Below, piece after piece: positions 9,922 to 19,335 of a stretch of DNA of 64,000 bases. This DNA is from Planctomycetota bacterium. GTDB taxonomy: Bacteria; Planctomycetota; UBA8108; SXIK01. Numbering within the stretch: the stretch's first letter is position 1; the number at the start of each line of letters is the position of its first letter. The notes beneath the pieces are model-generated. The model worked only from the letters and a program-made list of their open reading frames with translations, searched no databases and was not told the DNA's origin. The translations under genes and the position numbers were made by a program. The DNA lies in the NCBI GenBank assembly GCA_965223265.1, contig OZ244999.1:2848001-2912000 (forward strand), given 5' to 3'.

Positions 9922-10953
9922 ATGTTTATCGACGAAGCTACGATTCTGGTGCGCAGTGGTGACGGCGGCCACGGATGCATCAGCTTTCGGCGTGAGAAGT
10001 ACATCCCGAAGGGCGGGCCGGACGGCGGCAACGGCGGTCGTGGAGGCCATGTCATCTTGCGCGCTAGCCGAGGCTTGAGCACGCTGCTCGATCTCTCTCG
10101 CCGCCGACATTACCGCGCTGAGTGCGGCCGGCCCGGCGGCGGCAATCAGCGTACTGGTCGTCGCGGTGGTGACCTCGTCGTCGACGTGCCGCTGGGCACG
10201 GTCGTGAAGGAGCGAGACGCGGAAACAGGGGAGAGCGTCGCATTCGGGGACTTGCTGCGCGAGGGCGAGACTCTCCGCGTGGCACGTGGGGGTAAGGGCG
10301 GGCTGGGGAACAAAGCTTTCGCAACCAGCACGCACCAGGTGCCGCGCACTGCGACGGAGGGCGGGCCGGGTGAAGAGCGGCGTCTCGACCTTGAGCTCAA
10401 GCTGCTCGCGGACGTCGGTCTCATTGGCCTGCCAAACGCCGGCAAGTCGACGTTCCTGGCGCGGGTCTCGGCGGCGACGCCGAAGATTGCCGCGTACCCT
10501 TTCACGACTCTCCATCCGAACCTTGGCATCGCTGAACTGGACGACTATCGCCGCGTCGTCCTCGCCGACATTCCCGGACTGATCGAGGGGGCACATGCTG
10601 GCCATGGACTCGGCATCGAGTTTTTGCGGCACGTCGAACGTACGCGTGTTCTTGTGCATCTCGTCGCTGCTGAGACGAACGACGTCGACGAGTTAGCTGG
10701 TAATTACCGAACGATCCGCCACGAGCTCGCCAGTTATAGCGAGGAACTTGGTCGCAAGCCTCAGCTTGTCGCGCTGAGTAAGATCGATCTCATCGAGGAG
10801 TCGCAGCGGGACGCGCTCGCGCGCGAACTCGAGGCGCGCCTCGCTGCTCCCGTCGCGACGCTTTCCGCGGTTACCGGAACCGGCGTGCGAGCACTTCTTG
10901 AGGCCGCCGCCCGCGAAGTGGAGAGCGCGAAGACTCGCGACCAGTCGGCCTAG
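9922..10953 (+). CDS. obgE: GTPase ObgE/CgtA
   Basis: 'MFIDEA...FRREKYIPKGGPDGG', G1 GLPNAGKS, YPFTTL, DIPGLIEGA; rplU-rpmA-obg synteny. Confidence 0.97.
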   Translation: MFIDEATILVRSGDGGHGCISFRREKYIPKGGPDGGNGGRGGHVILRASRGLSTLLDLSRRRHYRAECGRPGGGNQRTGRRGGDLVVDVPLGTVVKERDAETGESVAFGDLLREGETLRVARGGKGGLGNKAFATSTHQVPRTATEGGPGEERRLDLELKLLADVGLIGLPNAGKSTFLARVSAATPKIAAYPFTTLHPNLGIAELDDYRRVVLADIPGLIEGAHAGHGLGIEFLRHVERTRVLVHLVAAETNDVDELAGNYRTIRHELASYSEELGRKPQLVALSKIDLIEESQRDALARELEARLAAPVATLSAVTGTGVRALLEAAAREVESAKTRDQSA

Positions 10954-11113
10954 CAGCCCGCCTGAAAAAGTCCTTCGAGCCGAAAACTGGTCTATCGTGT
11001 CCAGATCGGCTGCGGCAAACGCAGGTAATCTCCGAGATTTTTGAGTATTGACGCGGTCGCGCTGGGCGTGAAGAGGCCAGTTTCTCGGCCGAATGACTTT
11101 TTCAGGCGGGCTG
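10954..11113. mobile_element. 160-bp palindromic MITE, copy 1 (IS5/IS1182-like ends)
   Basis: Terminal inverted repeats CAGCCCGCCTGAAAAAGTC / GACTTTTTCAGGCGGGCTG, flanked on both sides by CTAG (10950-10953, 11114-11117); a similar copy lies at 14771-14931. Confidence 0.85.
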
Positions 11114-11321
11114 CTAGTCTTTGCGGCGCTCCTGGTCGTAGACGAAACCGCCCTACGTTCTGGTACTGCCCTGCCAGAGAGCGGTGTGCCCAAAACGTCA
11201 AGCGTTCGTCGCTGTTTCAGCGCCGTTGTATACTCCTCCGACCGCTTCCGCGCCGCGACGCGACCCGTACGTCGCACCCAGGTCGAGAAATCTACGCAAG
11301 TCGATTCAAGCGAGGCTGAGG

Positions 11322-12425
11322 ATGGAATTCCACGAAATGCTCCGGAAGATGGTGATCGAAAAGGCCTCGGACCTTTTCATCAAGGTCGGCACGCCGCCTT
11401 CGCTGCGTATCGATGGTGCGATTCACTTTATCGATACGGACGAGATCACCCCGCAGGACACCCACGAAGTCTTTGAGATCATCGAAGACTCAAAAAAGGA
11501 GCGATTCGTTTTTAAAGGCGACATCGACGTCGCCTACGAGCTTCCTGGCATCGGCCGATTTCGCGTCAATATTCTGCGCTCGAAGGGACATCTCGGATTC
11601 GTGCTGCGTCACATCGAGAGCAACATCCCCGGCTTCGAAGAGCTCTACTTGCCGGGAGTGGTGCTGACGAAGATGGCGACCGCACATCGCGGGCTCGTCC
11701 TCGTTACCGGGCAGACCGGAAGCGGAAAGTCGACGACCCTCGCGTCGATGATCAATTACATCAACGAAGAGTTCAACAAGCACATCATCACGTGCGAAGA
11801 TCCGATCGAGTTCATGTTTAAGGATCGCAAGTCGATCGTCAACCAGCGTGAGATCGGAGCCGACACACCGGACTTCCTCAGTGCCCTGAAAATGGCAGTG
11901 CGGCAGAGTCCCGACGTGATCTTGATCGGTGAGATGCGCGATAGCGAGACGACCGAAGCGGCGCTCTCGGCAGCGGAGACGGGGCACCTCGTCATGAGCA
12001 CGCTGCACACGGTGAACGCGATCCAGACCGTTGAGCGCATTATAAATTTCTTCCCGCCGCATCAGCACCAACTGATTCGTCTGCAGCTGTCGCTGGTTCT
12101 CGTCGGTGTCATTTCGCAGCGGCTCATTCCAAGAAAACAGGGCGGCGGCCGCGTCCCGGCGATTGAGCTCATGATTCAGTCGCCGACGATTCGCGACCTG
12201 CTGCGCACCGGGCAGACCCAGGATCTCTACAATGCGGTCAAGCAAGGCGAGTACTACGGCTGCCAGACGTTCAACCAGTCCCTGAAGGGGCTTTATCAGG
12301 AAGATCTGATCAGCCTCGAGAGTGCCATGGCTGCCTCCGACTACCCGGATGAGCTCAAGCTCGACTTGAAGGGCATCTTCAAGGGCGGCATGGCGAACCA
12401 CGAAGACTTCAACTTCAATTACTGA
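11322..12425 (+). CDS. pilT: Type IV pilus retraction ATPase PilT/PilU family
   Basis: 'ASDLFIKVG', Walker A GQTGSGKST, 'EDPIE', 'RQSPDVILIGEMRD', 'AETGHLVMSTLHT'. AIRNLIRE motif is degenerate (TIRDLLRT), so it may be PilU-like. Confidence 0.9.
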   Translation: MEFHEMLRKMVIEKASDLFIKVGTPPSLRIDGAIHFIDTDEITPQDTHEVFEIIEDSKKERFVFKGDIDVAYELPGIGRFRVNILRSKGHLGFVLRHIESNIPGFEELYLPGVVLTKMATAHRGLVLVTGQTGSGKSTTLASMINYINEEFNKHIITCEDPIEFMFKDRKSIVNQREIGADTPDFLSALKMAVRQSPDVILIGEMRDSETTEAALSAAETGHLVMSTLHTVNAIQTVERIINFFPPHQHQLIRLQLSLVLVGVISQRLIPRKQGGGRVPAIELMIQSPTIRDLLRTGQTQDLYNAVKQGEYYGCQTFNQSLKGLYQEDLISLESAMAASDYPDELKLDLKGIFKGGMANHEDFNFNY

Positions 12426-12533
12426 TTCATAGACCGCGTTTCAGAGCTCTTCTGCAGCTGAGCCGTGGTCATCGTGGGCAAACTCTAAGGCGCTTCGCCG
12501 GCGAGCGCTGGCAGCGGCAGGGGGCCTCTGGGA

Positions 12534-12539
12534 TATAAT
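12534..12539 (+). promoter_or_regulatory. -10 element TATAAT 6 nt upstream of the coaX ATG (probable leaderless transcript)
   Basis: TATAAT at 12534-12539, ATG at 12546, no room for a Shine-Dalgarno leader. Confidence 0.5.
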
Positions 12540-12545
12540 CCCGGA

Positions 12546-13337
12546 ATGCTCGCGCTTCTACTCGGCAACACCACACTGCGTTTCGCGTGTCTCCGCGACG
12601 AGTTACTTCGTGGCGACGTTCTTTCCCAGAACTCGCCGCCGATGCGGATCGAATCGCGCCGCATCGCGTGGGAGGACTTGCGGGCGCAGCGCGAAGTGGT
12701 GCGCCGCGAGTGGCGTGCGGCGGCGGGGCAGGGAGTCATCGCCGCGTCCGTGCGCGACGATCGAGTCGAGCTCGTCGAGGCACTCTTGCCGCCCGGGACA
12801 GGTCTCGTCCTGGCCGGGCGAGATTTTGAGGTGCCTGTTCGGAACCGCACCGACGCGCCGCAGCAAGTGGGTGTTGATCGGCTGCTCAATGTCCTTGCGG
12901 CGCGGCGCCGAGCCGGTGGGCGTGCCGCCATCGTCGTTGACTTTGGCACGACGGTGTCGATTTCCGCGATGTCTGCCGAAGGCGACTTTATTGGCGGTGC
13001 GATCGCGCTCGGCGTTCCAGCCGCGCGGCATGGCCTCAGCGCGGGCACACCACGCCTTCCGCGTCTCGAGCTCGCGGCAGAGTCGAGTCATGTGGGCAGA
13101 ACGACGGAGACGGCACTGAGCCGAGGCGTTTATTGGCAGCTGGCTGGCGGGACGCAGGAACTGCTGCGCGGCCTTTCCCGCGAACTGATGTTGAGTGATC
13201 CGCTCGTACTCGCGACGGGAGGTGATGCGGAGCTGTTCGCGGCCGCCGTCGACTCCATCGACGAGGTTGTGCCCGAGCTGACCTTCGAAGGCTTGGTTTT
13301 AGCGCATAGGACCCGTCCAGACGTGGCGTCGCGGTGA
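12546..13337 (+). CDS. coaX: Type III pantothenate kinase
   Basis: 'GNT', 'ASV', 'VGVDR', 'VVDFGTT', 'GGAI', 'ATGGDA', 'LTFEGL'. Confidence 0.88.
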   Translation: MLALLLGNTTLRFACLRDELLRGDVLSQNSPPMRIESRRIAWEDLRAQREVVRREWRAAAGQGVIAASVRDDRVELVEALLPPGTGLVLAGRDFEVPVRNRTDAPQQVGVDRLLNVLAARRRAGGRAAIVVDFGTTVSISAMSAEGDFIGGAIALGVPAARHGLSAGTPRLPRLELAAESSHVGRTTETALSRGVYWQLAGGTQELLRGLSRELMLSDPLVLATGGDAELFAAAVDSIDEVVPELTFEGLVLAHRTRPDVASR

Positions 13338-14545
13338 ACGCGGCAGCAGATTTCACGTTTCATCTCGCAAGTCCCGCCGGCGAAGGCGCGATCGCACTCA
13401 TTGAGATTTACGGCGCGGGGGGCGAGTCGGCGGTGAGGGCGTGTTTCAAGTCACCTAAGGGGGCACTGCCGCGCGTCGGGCGGGCGCGCTACGGCGACTT
13501 TGTGCAGCCGCACGGCGACGTGATCGACGACGTCGTCGTCCAGCGCATTCCCGCGGCGGCGATGTGGAGCGGCCGCGAAGCATGGGTCGTCGAACTACAC
13601 GGCGGTCAGTGGCAGCAGGCGCAAGTGCGAGCGACGCTCCGGCGCGTCGGAGGCGTCGAGCAGTCGCTTCGCGAGGTGTTGGTTTCGTCGGTTCGAGAGC
13701 AGACGCTGGACGCGATCCAAGCCGCAGCGTATGAGTGTTTGGTCGAGGCCCGATCTGAAAAGGCGGCAAGGTTTTTTCTTCGGCAACACAGAGGGGAGCT
13801 GTCGCGCCTTGTCCGCACAGAGCTTGACCAGCTCACAGCGGAGACGCTCGAACGACTTGCATCGCGCGCGGCGCCGTGGCTCGAGCGTTCGCGTGCGGCA
13901 CGGCATCTCGCAGCGCCGCTCCGTGTCCTGATCGCTGGACGTCCGAATGCCGGCAAATCAACGCTATTCAACCGTCTGGTCGAAGAGGAGCGTGCTGTGG
14001 TCTCGGACGTCGCCGGCACGACGCGCGATGTGCTTGTAGCGCAGATCGATCTGTTTGGCTATCCCGTCGTTCTACACGATGGCGCAGGGTTGCGGCCCGA
14101 GGGGGAAGGCGATCTTGTCGAAGAACTCGGGATCCGAAAGGTCATCGCAGGCGAGTGGGATGCGGTCATTCACCTCGTCCGCTACCCTTGGAGGCTCGAC
14201 AGCGCAGAGATCGAACTACTCCAGCGCGTGCCAGCCGGACGTCGTCTGATGGTTGCCTCCGGAGCCGATTTGGCCGTCGACAACTCGTCCGATGTTGACG
14301 CCACTTTCGATCTGAAAGTTTCTGCGCACAGTGGTGAAGGTGTTGATGAGCTGCGGCAACTCATAGCCGAGCGTTGGATCTGCTCCGGGCTCGGTGCGGA
14401 CGACGAAGTGCCCTGTGCTCCGTTCAGCGACCGGCAAGTCGCGCTCTTTCAGGCTGCGATCACGGCATCGGCGAGCCGCGAGGATGACGCCCTTGACGCG
14501 ACTCGGGCTGCGTTCTTACAATGCCTGCGTTCCTCCTGGCCGTGA
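13334..14545 (+). CDS. MnmE/TrmE-like GTPase (divergent, C-terminally short)
   Basis: TrmE N-domain 'SPAGEGAIALI...ELHGG', G1 GRPNAGKS, 'VSDVAGTTRD'. G4 reads SGAD and the C-terminal FCxGK is absent. Confidence 0.75.
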   Translation: MNAAADFTFHLASPAGEGAIALIEIYGAGGESAVRACFKSPKGALPRVGRARYGDFVQPHGDVIDDVVVQRIPAAAMWSGREAWVVELHGGQWQQAQVRATLRRVGGVEQSLREVLVSSVREQTLDAIQAAAYECLVEARSEKAARFFLRQHRGELSRLVRTELDQLTAETLERLASRAAPWLERSRAARHLAAPLRVLIAGRPNAGKSTLFNRLVEEERAVVSDVAGTTRDVLVAQIDLFGYPVVLHDGAGLRPEGEGDLVEELGIRKVIAGEWDAVIHLVRYPWRLDSAEIELLQRVPAGRRLMVASGADLAVDNSSDVDATFDLKVSAHSGEGVDELRQLIAERWICSGLGADDEVPCAPFSDRQVALFQAAITASASREDDALDATRAAFLQCLRSSWP

Positions 14546-14770
14546 GAGTGATTTGGGTGCGTTTGCCATCGTCGAGCGACTGCCAACGGCAAGATTCGAC
14601 GTCTTAGCAGCCGGCGCTTCACTCGTGCGGCAGGCTAGGACGTGCAGCCGGAAGATTCAGCTGTGTCGGCGCCGGGCCAGCGCGTTAGACTTCAATGACG
14701 GTCGCGCCAGTGCCGACGATTCGGAGGTGAGGAGAGTGATCGCGCTACTTGAGAGCGGAGCGGGCGTTAA

Positions 14771-14931
14771 CAGCCCGCCTGAAAAAGTGCTTCGAGTCGA
14801 AAACTGGTCGCTTCGCGTCCAGATCGGCCGCGGCGAACGTAGGTAATCTCCGCGATTTTCGAGGCTCGCCGCGATCGATCTGGACGTGAAGAGGCCAGTT
14901 TCTCGGCCGAATGACTTTTTCAGGCGGGCTG
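14771..14931. mobile_element. 161-bp palindromic MITE, copy 2
   Basis: Same termini as copy 1, flanked on both sides by TTAA (14767-14770, 14932-14935); arms pair over most of the element. Confidence 0.85.
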
Positions 14932-14980
14932 TTAAGCCCGAAGTACGTTTTCAGGCACGCGACCGACGCCAAATGGGCCT

Positions 14981-15571
14981 ATGAGTGTACCTCCAGACAC
15001 CTCCGACGCGAGTGAGTCGCTGCCAGACGGGCGACTCTTCGACGCGTCTGTATTTGCGGGTACGTTCGAGTCGTGGCGACTTGCCATACAGGAGGCGATT
15101 GAAGCCGATCGTTCGTCTCCGGCCGAATGCAGCTGGGCGCTGGTGGGGATCAAGCGGCGTGGCGCAGTCCTGGCGCATCGGCTCCGCGATTGGCTCGAGT
15201 CACAGGGAACGCCGGTACGCTACGGTGAAGTCGACATCTCGCTCTACCGCGACGACTACCATTTGCAGGTTGCCAATCCTCGCGTCCTCGGCACAGAGAT
15301 ACCGTTCAACGTCGACGGCGTCAAAATCCTCCTCGTCGACGACGTTCTCTTCACTGGAAGGACGGTTAGGGCAGCTCTTGACCTCCTACTTGATTTCGGG
15401 CGGCCGAAGGTGATCCAACTGGCGGTCTTCATCGACCGCGGTCACCGCGAGTTGCCCATCGCAGCCGATCTCGTCGGCAAAGTGATTCCGACGCGCGCGG
15501 GGGATCGGGTGCGTGTACGGCTGAAAGAGATCGACGGCGAGGATTGTGTATTCTTGGAGGGGCGAGCCTAA
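14981..15571 (+). CDS. pyrR: Bifunctional pyr operon regulator / uracil phosphoribosyltransferase PyrR
   Basis: 'VGIKRRG', 'DISLYRDD', 'LVDDVLFTGRTVRAALD', 'DRGHRELPI'. Confidence 0.95.
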   Translation: MSVPPDTSDASESLPDGRLFDASVFAGTFESWRLAIQEAIEADRSSPAECSWALVGIKRRGAVLAHRLRDWLESQGTPVRYGEVDISLYRDDYHLQVANPRVLGTEIPFNVDGVKILLVDDVLFTGRTVRAALDLLLDFGRPKVIQLAVFIDRGHRELPIAADLVGKVIPTRAGDRVRVRLKEIDGEDCVFLEGRA

Positions 15572-15586
15572 TCGTCGTCGGCAACC

Positions 15587-16552
15587 ATGCAGTGGACTCG
15601 AAAAGACTTGATCGGGCTTGACGAGCTGAGCGCAGAGGAGATCGAGTTCATCCTCGATACGGCGACCGGCTTCACCGAGGTTTCTACACGCAGCGTGAAG
15701 AAGGTGCCGGCGCTCCGCGGTAAGGTCATCGTCAACCTCTTCTTCGAAGTGTCCACGCGCACGCGGATCTCGTTTGAGCTTGCTGGTGCGCGCCTCTCGG
15801 CCGACGTGATCAACTTCACGGGGTCGATCAGTTCGACGCTCAAAGGTGAAACACTCAACGACACGGCTCGAAACATTGAGGCGATGGGGGTCGACATCGT
15901 CGTGCTACGCCATCCCTGCTCCGGTGCCGCTTATCAGCTGTCACGGGTTTTGAAGGCGAGCGTCGTGAATGCCGGCGACGGTTCGCACGAGCACCCCACA
16001 CAGGCGCTACTCGATATCTTCACGATTCGTAAGGCGCTCGGGCGCATCGCGGGATTGAAGGTCGCCATCGTTGGAGACATCGGGCATAGCCGCGTCGCGC
16101 GGTCGAACATTTGGGGCCTGCAAAAACTGGGGGCCGACGTCTACGTTGTCGGGCCGCCAACTTTGGCCTCGCGCGGTCTCTCGAAGCTGGGGGTGAAAGT
16201 TTGTCACCATTTCGACGAGATTTTGCCCGAGATGGACGTATTCAACATGCTGCGAATTCAGCGTGAGCGTCAGGATCCGGGACTGTTTCCGACGCTGCGG
16301 GAGTACTCGCGTCTTTTCGGCCTCACAAAACAGAGAATGCGCCACGTCAGACCGGATGCGCTCATCTTGCACCCAGGGCCCATCAACCGAGGCGTGGAGA
16401 TCGCGCCTGAAGTCGCGGACGGCCCGCAGTCAGTCATTTTGGATCAGGTGGCGAACGGCCTGGCTGTGCGCATGGCTGTGCTCTACCTGGTCGGGGCGAC
16501 ACGTTCCGAGCAGCCCTCCGACGCACCGCTTAGCGCGGGAGGTGGCGTATGA
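15587..16552 (+). CDS. pyrB: Aspartate carbamoyltransferase catalytic subunit
   Basis: 'FFEVSTRTR', '[10 protein letters not shown]', 'RIQRER', '[11 protein letters not shown]'. Confidence 0.97.
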   Translation: MQWTRKDLIGLDELSAEEIEFILDTATGFTEVSTRSVKKVPALRGKVIVNLFFEVSTRTRISFELAGARLSADVINFTGSISSTLKGETLNDTARNIEAMGVDIVVLRHPCSGAAYQLSRVLKASVVNAGDGSHEHPTQALLDIFTIRKALGRIAGLKVAIVGDIGHSRVARSNIWGLQKLGADVYVVGPPTLASRGLSKLGVKVCHHFDEILPEMDVFNMLRIQRERQDPGLFPTLREYSRLFGLTKQRMRHVRPDALILHPGPINRGVEIAPEVADGPQSVILDQVANGLAVRMAVLYLVGATRSEQPSDAPLSAGGGV

Positions 16553-17865
16553 CCCGTCGTCTCTTGATCCGCGGCGGCCGTGTCGTCGACCCTGCGACGG
16601 GGCGGGACGAGATCGCGGACGTCTTTGTCGAAGGCGCGAGAATCGTCTCGATCGGTCACGCCAGTGCACCGACTGACGACACCGTTGACGTCTTCGACGC
16701 GTGCGGTCTCGTGGTGACGCCCGGGCTCATCGATATGCACACGCATTTGCGGGAGCCAGGTAACGAAGAGGTTGAAACCATCCTCAGCGGCGCACGCGCC
16801 GCTATCGCTGGCGGCGTCACGAGCGTCGCGTGCTTTCCGAATACCGACCCCGCGATCGACAACGAGGCGGCCGCCGAATTCGTCATCATTCAAGGTAAGC
16901 GGGCTGGCTATGCCAATGTCCTGCCGGTCGGCGCCGTGACCCTCGGCCTCGAAGGGACGCAGCTTGCTGAAATGGCCGGACTGGCTCGCGCCGGCGCGGT
17001 GGCGTTCACGGACGCGGATCGCACGCTACGCTCGGCGGAGATGATGCGCCGCGGTCTGCTCTACGCCAAGATGTTCGACCTGCCTCTCATCGCGCACTGC
17101 GAGGACGAGGATTTACGGCGCGGCGGTGTCATGAACTATGGACGCGTCGCGCTGCGCCTCGGGCTTGCCGGAATTCCGGAGGTTGCAGAAGACATCGTTG
17201 TCGCGCGCGACATTCGTCTCGCCGCCATCACGCAAGCACAGTTGCATCTCGGCCACATGAGTACGGAAGACGCGGTCGCACAGCTGCGGGCGGCGAAGGC
17301 GAGTGGCGTCGCGGTCACCGGCGAAGTGACCCCACCGCACTTCACTCTGACAGAGGACGAGCTCACCACCTACGACCCGAACTTTAAGATGCTGCCGCCG
17401 CTGCGAACTCGTCAGGACGCAGATGCGCTGATCCAAGGATTGGCCGATGGTGTGATCGACGTGATCGCTTCCGGCCACGCGCCTCATGCGCCTGAGGATA
17501 AGGACGTCGAATTTGTCTACGCACCTCCGGGGGTCGTCGGGCTGGAGACTCTCTTCTCGGTGGCTTACACGGTACTCGTTCTCAAGCACGGATTTTCGCT
17601 GCCATCGGTGCTCGAAAAGATGACGATCAACCCGGCGCGGATTCTCCGGCAAGATCAGGAGCGCGGTAGCCTCGCGCCCGGTAAACTCGCGGATATCGCC
17701 GTGTTCGACCTGTCCACGGAATACACGGTCGACGCCTCGAAGTTTCAATCGAAGAGCCGCAACACGTGTTTTGGTGGCATGCCGGTCTTTGGGCGGGCCG
17801 TGTTCGTCGTCGTTGGTGGCCGTCAGGTTCTGCGCGACGACCAGTTGGTACCTGTGCTGCAGTAG
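16549..17865 (+). CDS. pyrC: Dihydroorotase (type I), possibly inactive PyrC'
   Basis: '[10 protein letters not shown]', 'PNT', 'HCED', 'KMLPPLR', 'SKSRNT'; overlaps the pyrB stop. The usual 'TDHAPH' reads 'SGHAPH'. Confidence 0.88.
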   Translation: MTRRLLIRGGRVVDPATGRDEIADVFVEGARIVSIGHASAPTDDTVDVFDACGLVVTPGLIDMHTHLREPGNEEVETILSGARAAIAGGVTSVACFPNTDPAIDNEAAAEFVIIQGKRAGYANVLPVGAVTLGLEGTQLAEMAGLARAGAVAFTDADRTLRSAEMMRRGLLYAKMFDLPLIAHCEDEDLRRGGVMNYGRVALRLGLAGIPEVAEDIVVARDIRLAAITQAQLHLGHMSTEDAVAQLRAAKASGVAVTGEVTPPHFTLTEDELTTYDPNFKMLPPLRTRQDADALIQGLADGVIDVIASGHAPHAPEDKDVEFVYAPPGVVGLETLFSVAYTVLVLKHGFSLPSVLEKMTINPARILRQDQERGSLAPGKLADIAVFDLSTEYTVDASKFQSKSRNTCFGGMPVFGRAVFVVVGGRQVLRDDQLVPVLQ

Positions 17866-17974
17866 TGCTCCGTTTGCATTCGCCCCCGCTGGTACATGGG
17901 GAGTTCCCATAAACTGTTGCGGAGAGGGAGAACCTTGGGAAAGGTAGTGTTCCGGCGAAATCTGTCTTGGTAAC

Positions 17975-19159
17975 ATGCTACCCGGCCCAGAGGAGACCGC
18001 GCGTATGGGAGGAATGACCCCACCGAGGGGCTACACCAAGGAACATACCGAAAAGCGTATTCGGTGGTTGGCAGAAAAGACCGGGTTTCACGTCAGGAAT
18101 GGTGAACCCGATGATCCGGCGAAGCTCAAGGGCATCATTGAGAATCACCTTGGCTTTGTCCCCATACCTCTCGCTGTCGCGGGTCCCCTGCTGATTCATG
18201 GCGACTATGCGGAGGGGCAGTTCTACGTGCCGCTCTGTACGCTCGAGGGAACGCTGACGATCTCGATGACACGCGGGCTCTACTTGACCCAGCTCGCTGG
18301 AGGCATCAAGACCCGGCACATCAAGCAGGAGTTGTCGAGGAGTCCCCTCTTCGTCTTCAACGACATCGATGAAGTGGAGCCGTTTCAGGAGTGGGTGGAC
18401 GCTTCGTTCGAGTCGATCAAGGCTGCAGCGGAATCAACGACACGCTATGGGCGCCTACTACGGATTGATCAATACACCGTACGTAACAGCGTCATACTGG
18501 ATTTCATCTACAATACTGGCGAGGCGGCCGGTCAAAACATGGTGACTCTCGCGACGTACGAGGCGTGCGCGTACATTCGCCAGAACTACACCTCGGGACG
18601 ACCGCGAAACTACTACATCGAGTGCAACTTCAACTGCGACAAGAATCCAGCGTACAAGTCCGTGCTTCATGGCCGAAGCCATCAAGTCATCGCCAGTGCG
18701 CTCATCCCCGGCCGTTTCTTGAGGCGCGTGCTTCGTACCACCGCGCAGGAATACTGCGAAGCATGGTCTCACTGCACCCGCAGCGGGCAGATCGCGGGCG
18801 TCGTTGGCAACAACCTTCATGTCGCCAACGCGTTGGCCGCCATCTATCTTGCCACCGGGCAGGACGTGGCCTGCGTCGCCGAGAATGCGGTCGGCAACGT
18901 TGAGTTTGAGGTGCGAGACCAGGAGAATCTGTTCGTCACGTTGACGATGCCGTCGATCAGCGTCGGCACCGTAGGTGGTGGAACGACCTTGTCACATCAG
19001 AAATCGAATCTTGAAATGCTCGGCTGTAGCGGTAAGAACTCCTCTAAGAAACTTGCCGAGATCGTTTGTGCGTCTGCTTTGGCGCTGGAGCTCTCTTTGG
19101 GAGGCGCCATCGTCAGTGATGAGTTTGCCCAGGCTCACGCGATGTTCGGTCGGCGCTAG
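17975..19159 (+). CDS. Class I HMG-CoA reductase-like protein (NAD(P)H-dependent CoA-thioester reductase)
   Basis: 'IENHLG', 'PLCTLEGTL', 'TGEAAGQNM', 'NFNCDKNP', 'ATGQDVA', 'VGTVGGGT', C-terminal catalytic His in 'AHAMFG'. Confidence 0.85.
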   Translation: MLPGPEETARMGGMTPPRGYTKEHTEKRIRWLAEKTGFHVRNGEPDDPAKLKGIIENHLGFVPIPLAVAGPLLIHGDYAEGQFYVPLCTLEGTLTISMTRGLYLTQLAGGIKTRHIKQELSRSPLFVFNDIDEVEPFQEWVDASFESIKAAAESTTRYGRLLRIDQYTVRNSVILDFIYNTGEAAGQNMVTLATYEACAYIRQNYTSGRPRNYYIECNFNCDKNPAYKSVLHGRSHQVIASALIPGRFLRRVLRTTAQEYCEAWSHCTRSGQIAGVVGNNLHVANALAAIYLATGQDVACVAENAVGNVEFEVRDQENLFVTLTMPSISVGTVGGGTTLSHQKSNLEMLGCSGKNSSKKLAEIVCASALALELSLGGAIVSDEFAQAHAMFGRR

Positions 19160-19335
19160 CGCCAGTAGCCATGCGTCGAACACCGCGCGAGCGTGCCGCG
19201 GCAAACAGTTCGAAAAGCCGTTTCGAAAAGCAGTTCTGAAAAGACACGTGAAGTAGGACCGATCCAGATTGACGACGCTGCCGACTGACCATCTCCAGTT
19301 GAGTGGCGCACTGAACTACGAACGGAGCGAGAGTC

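Noticed and set aside
12546-12575. CoaX inactive because DxGNT reads LLGNT
   Set aside because: All other motifs are intact, and Asp-less variants of this motif occur in some annotated type III PanKs, so this is insufficient evidence.
14546-14980. PyrR-binding attenuator upstream of pyrR
   Set aside because: No ARUCCNGNGAGGYU binding loop or terminator/antiterminator was found; the obvious hairpin is the MITE.
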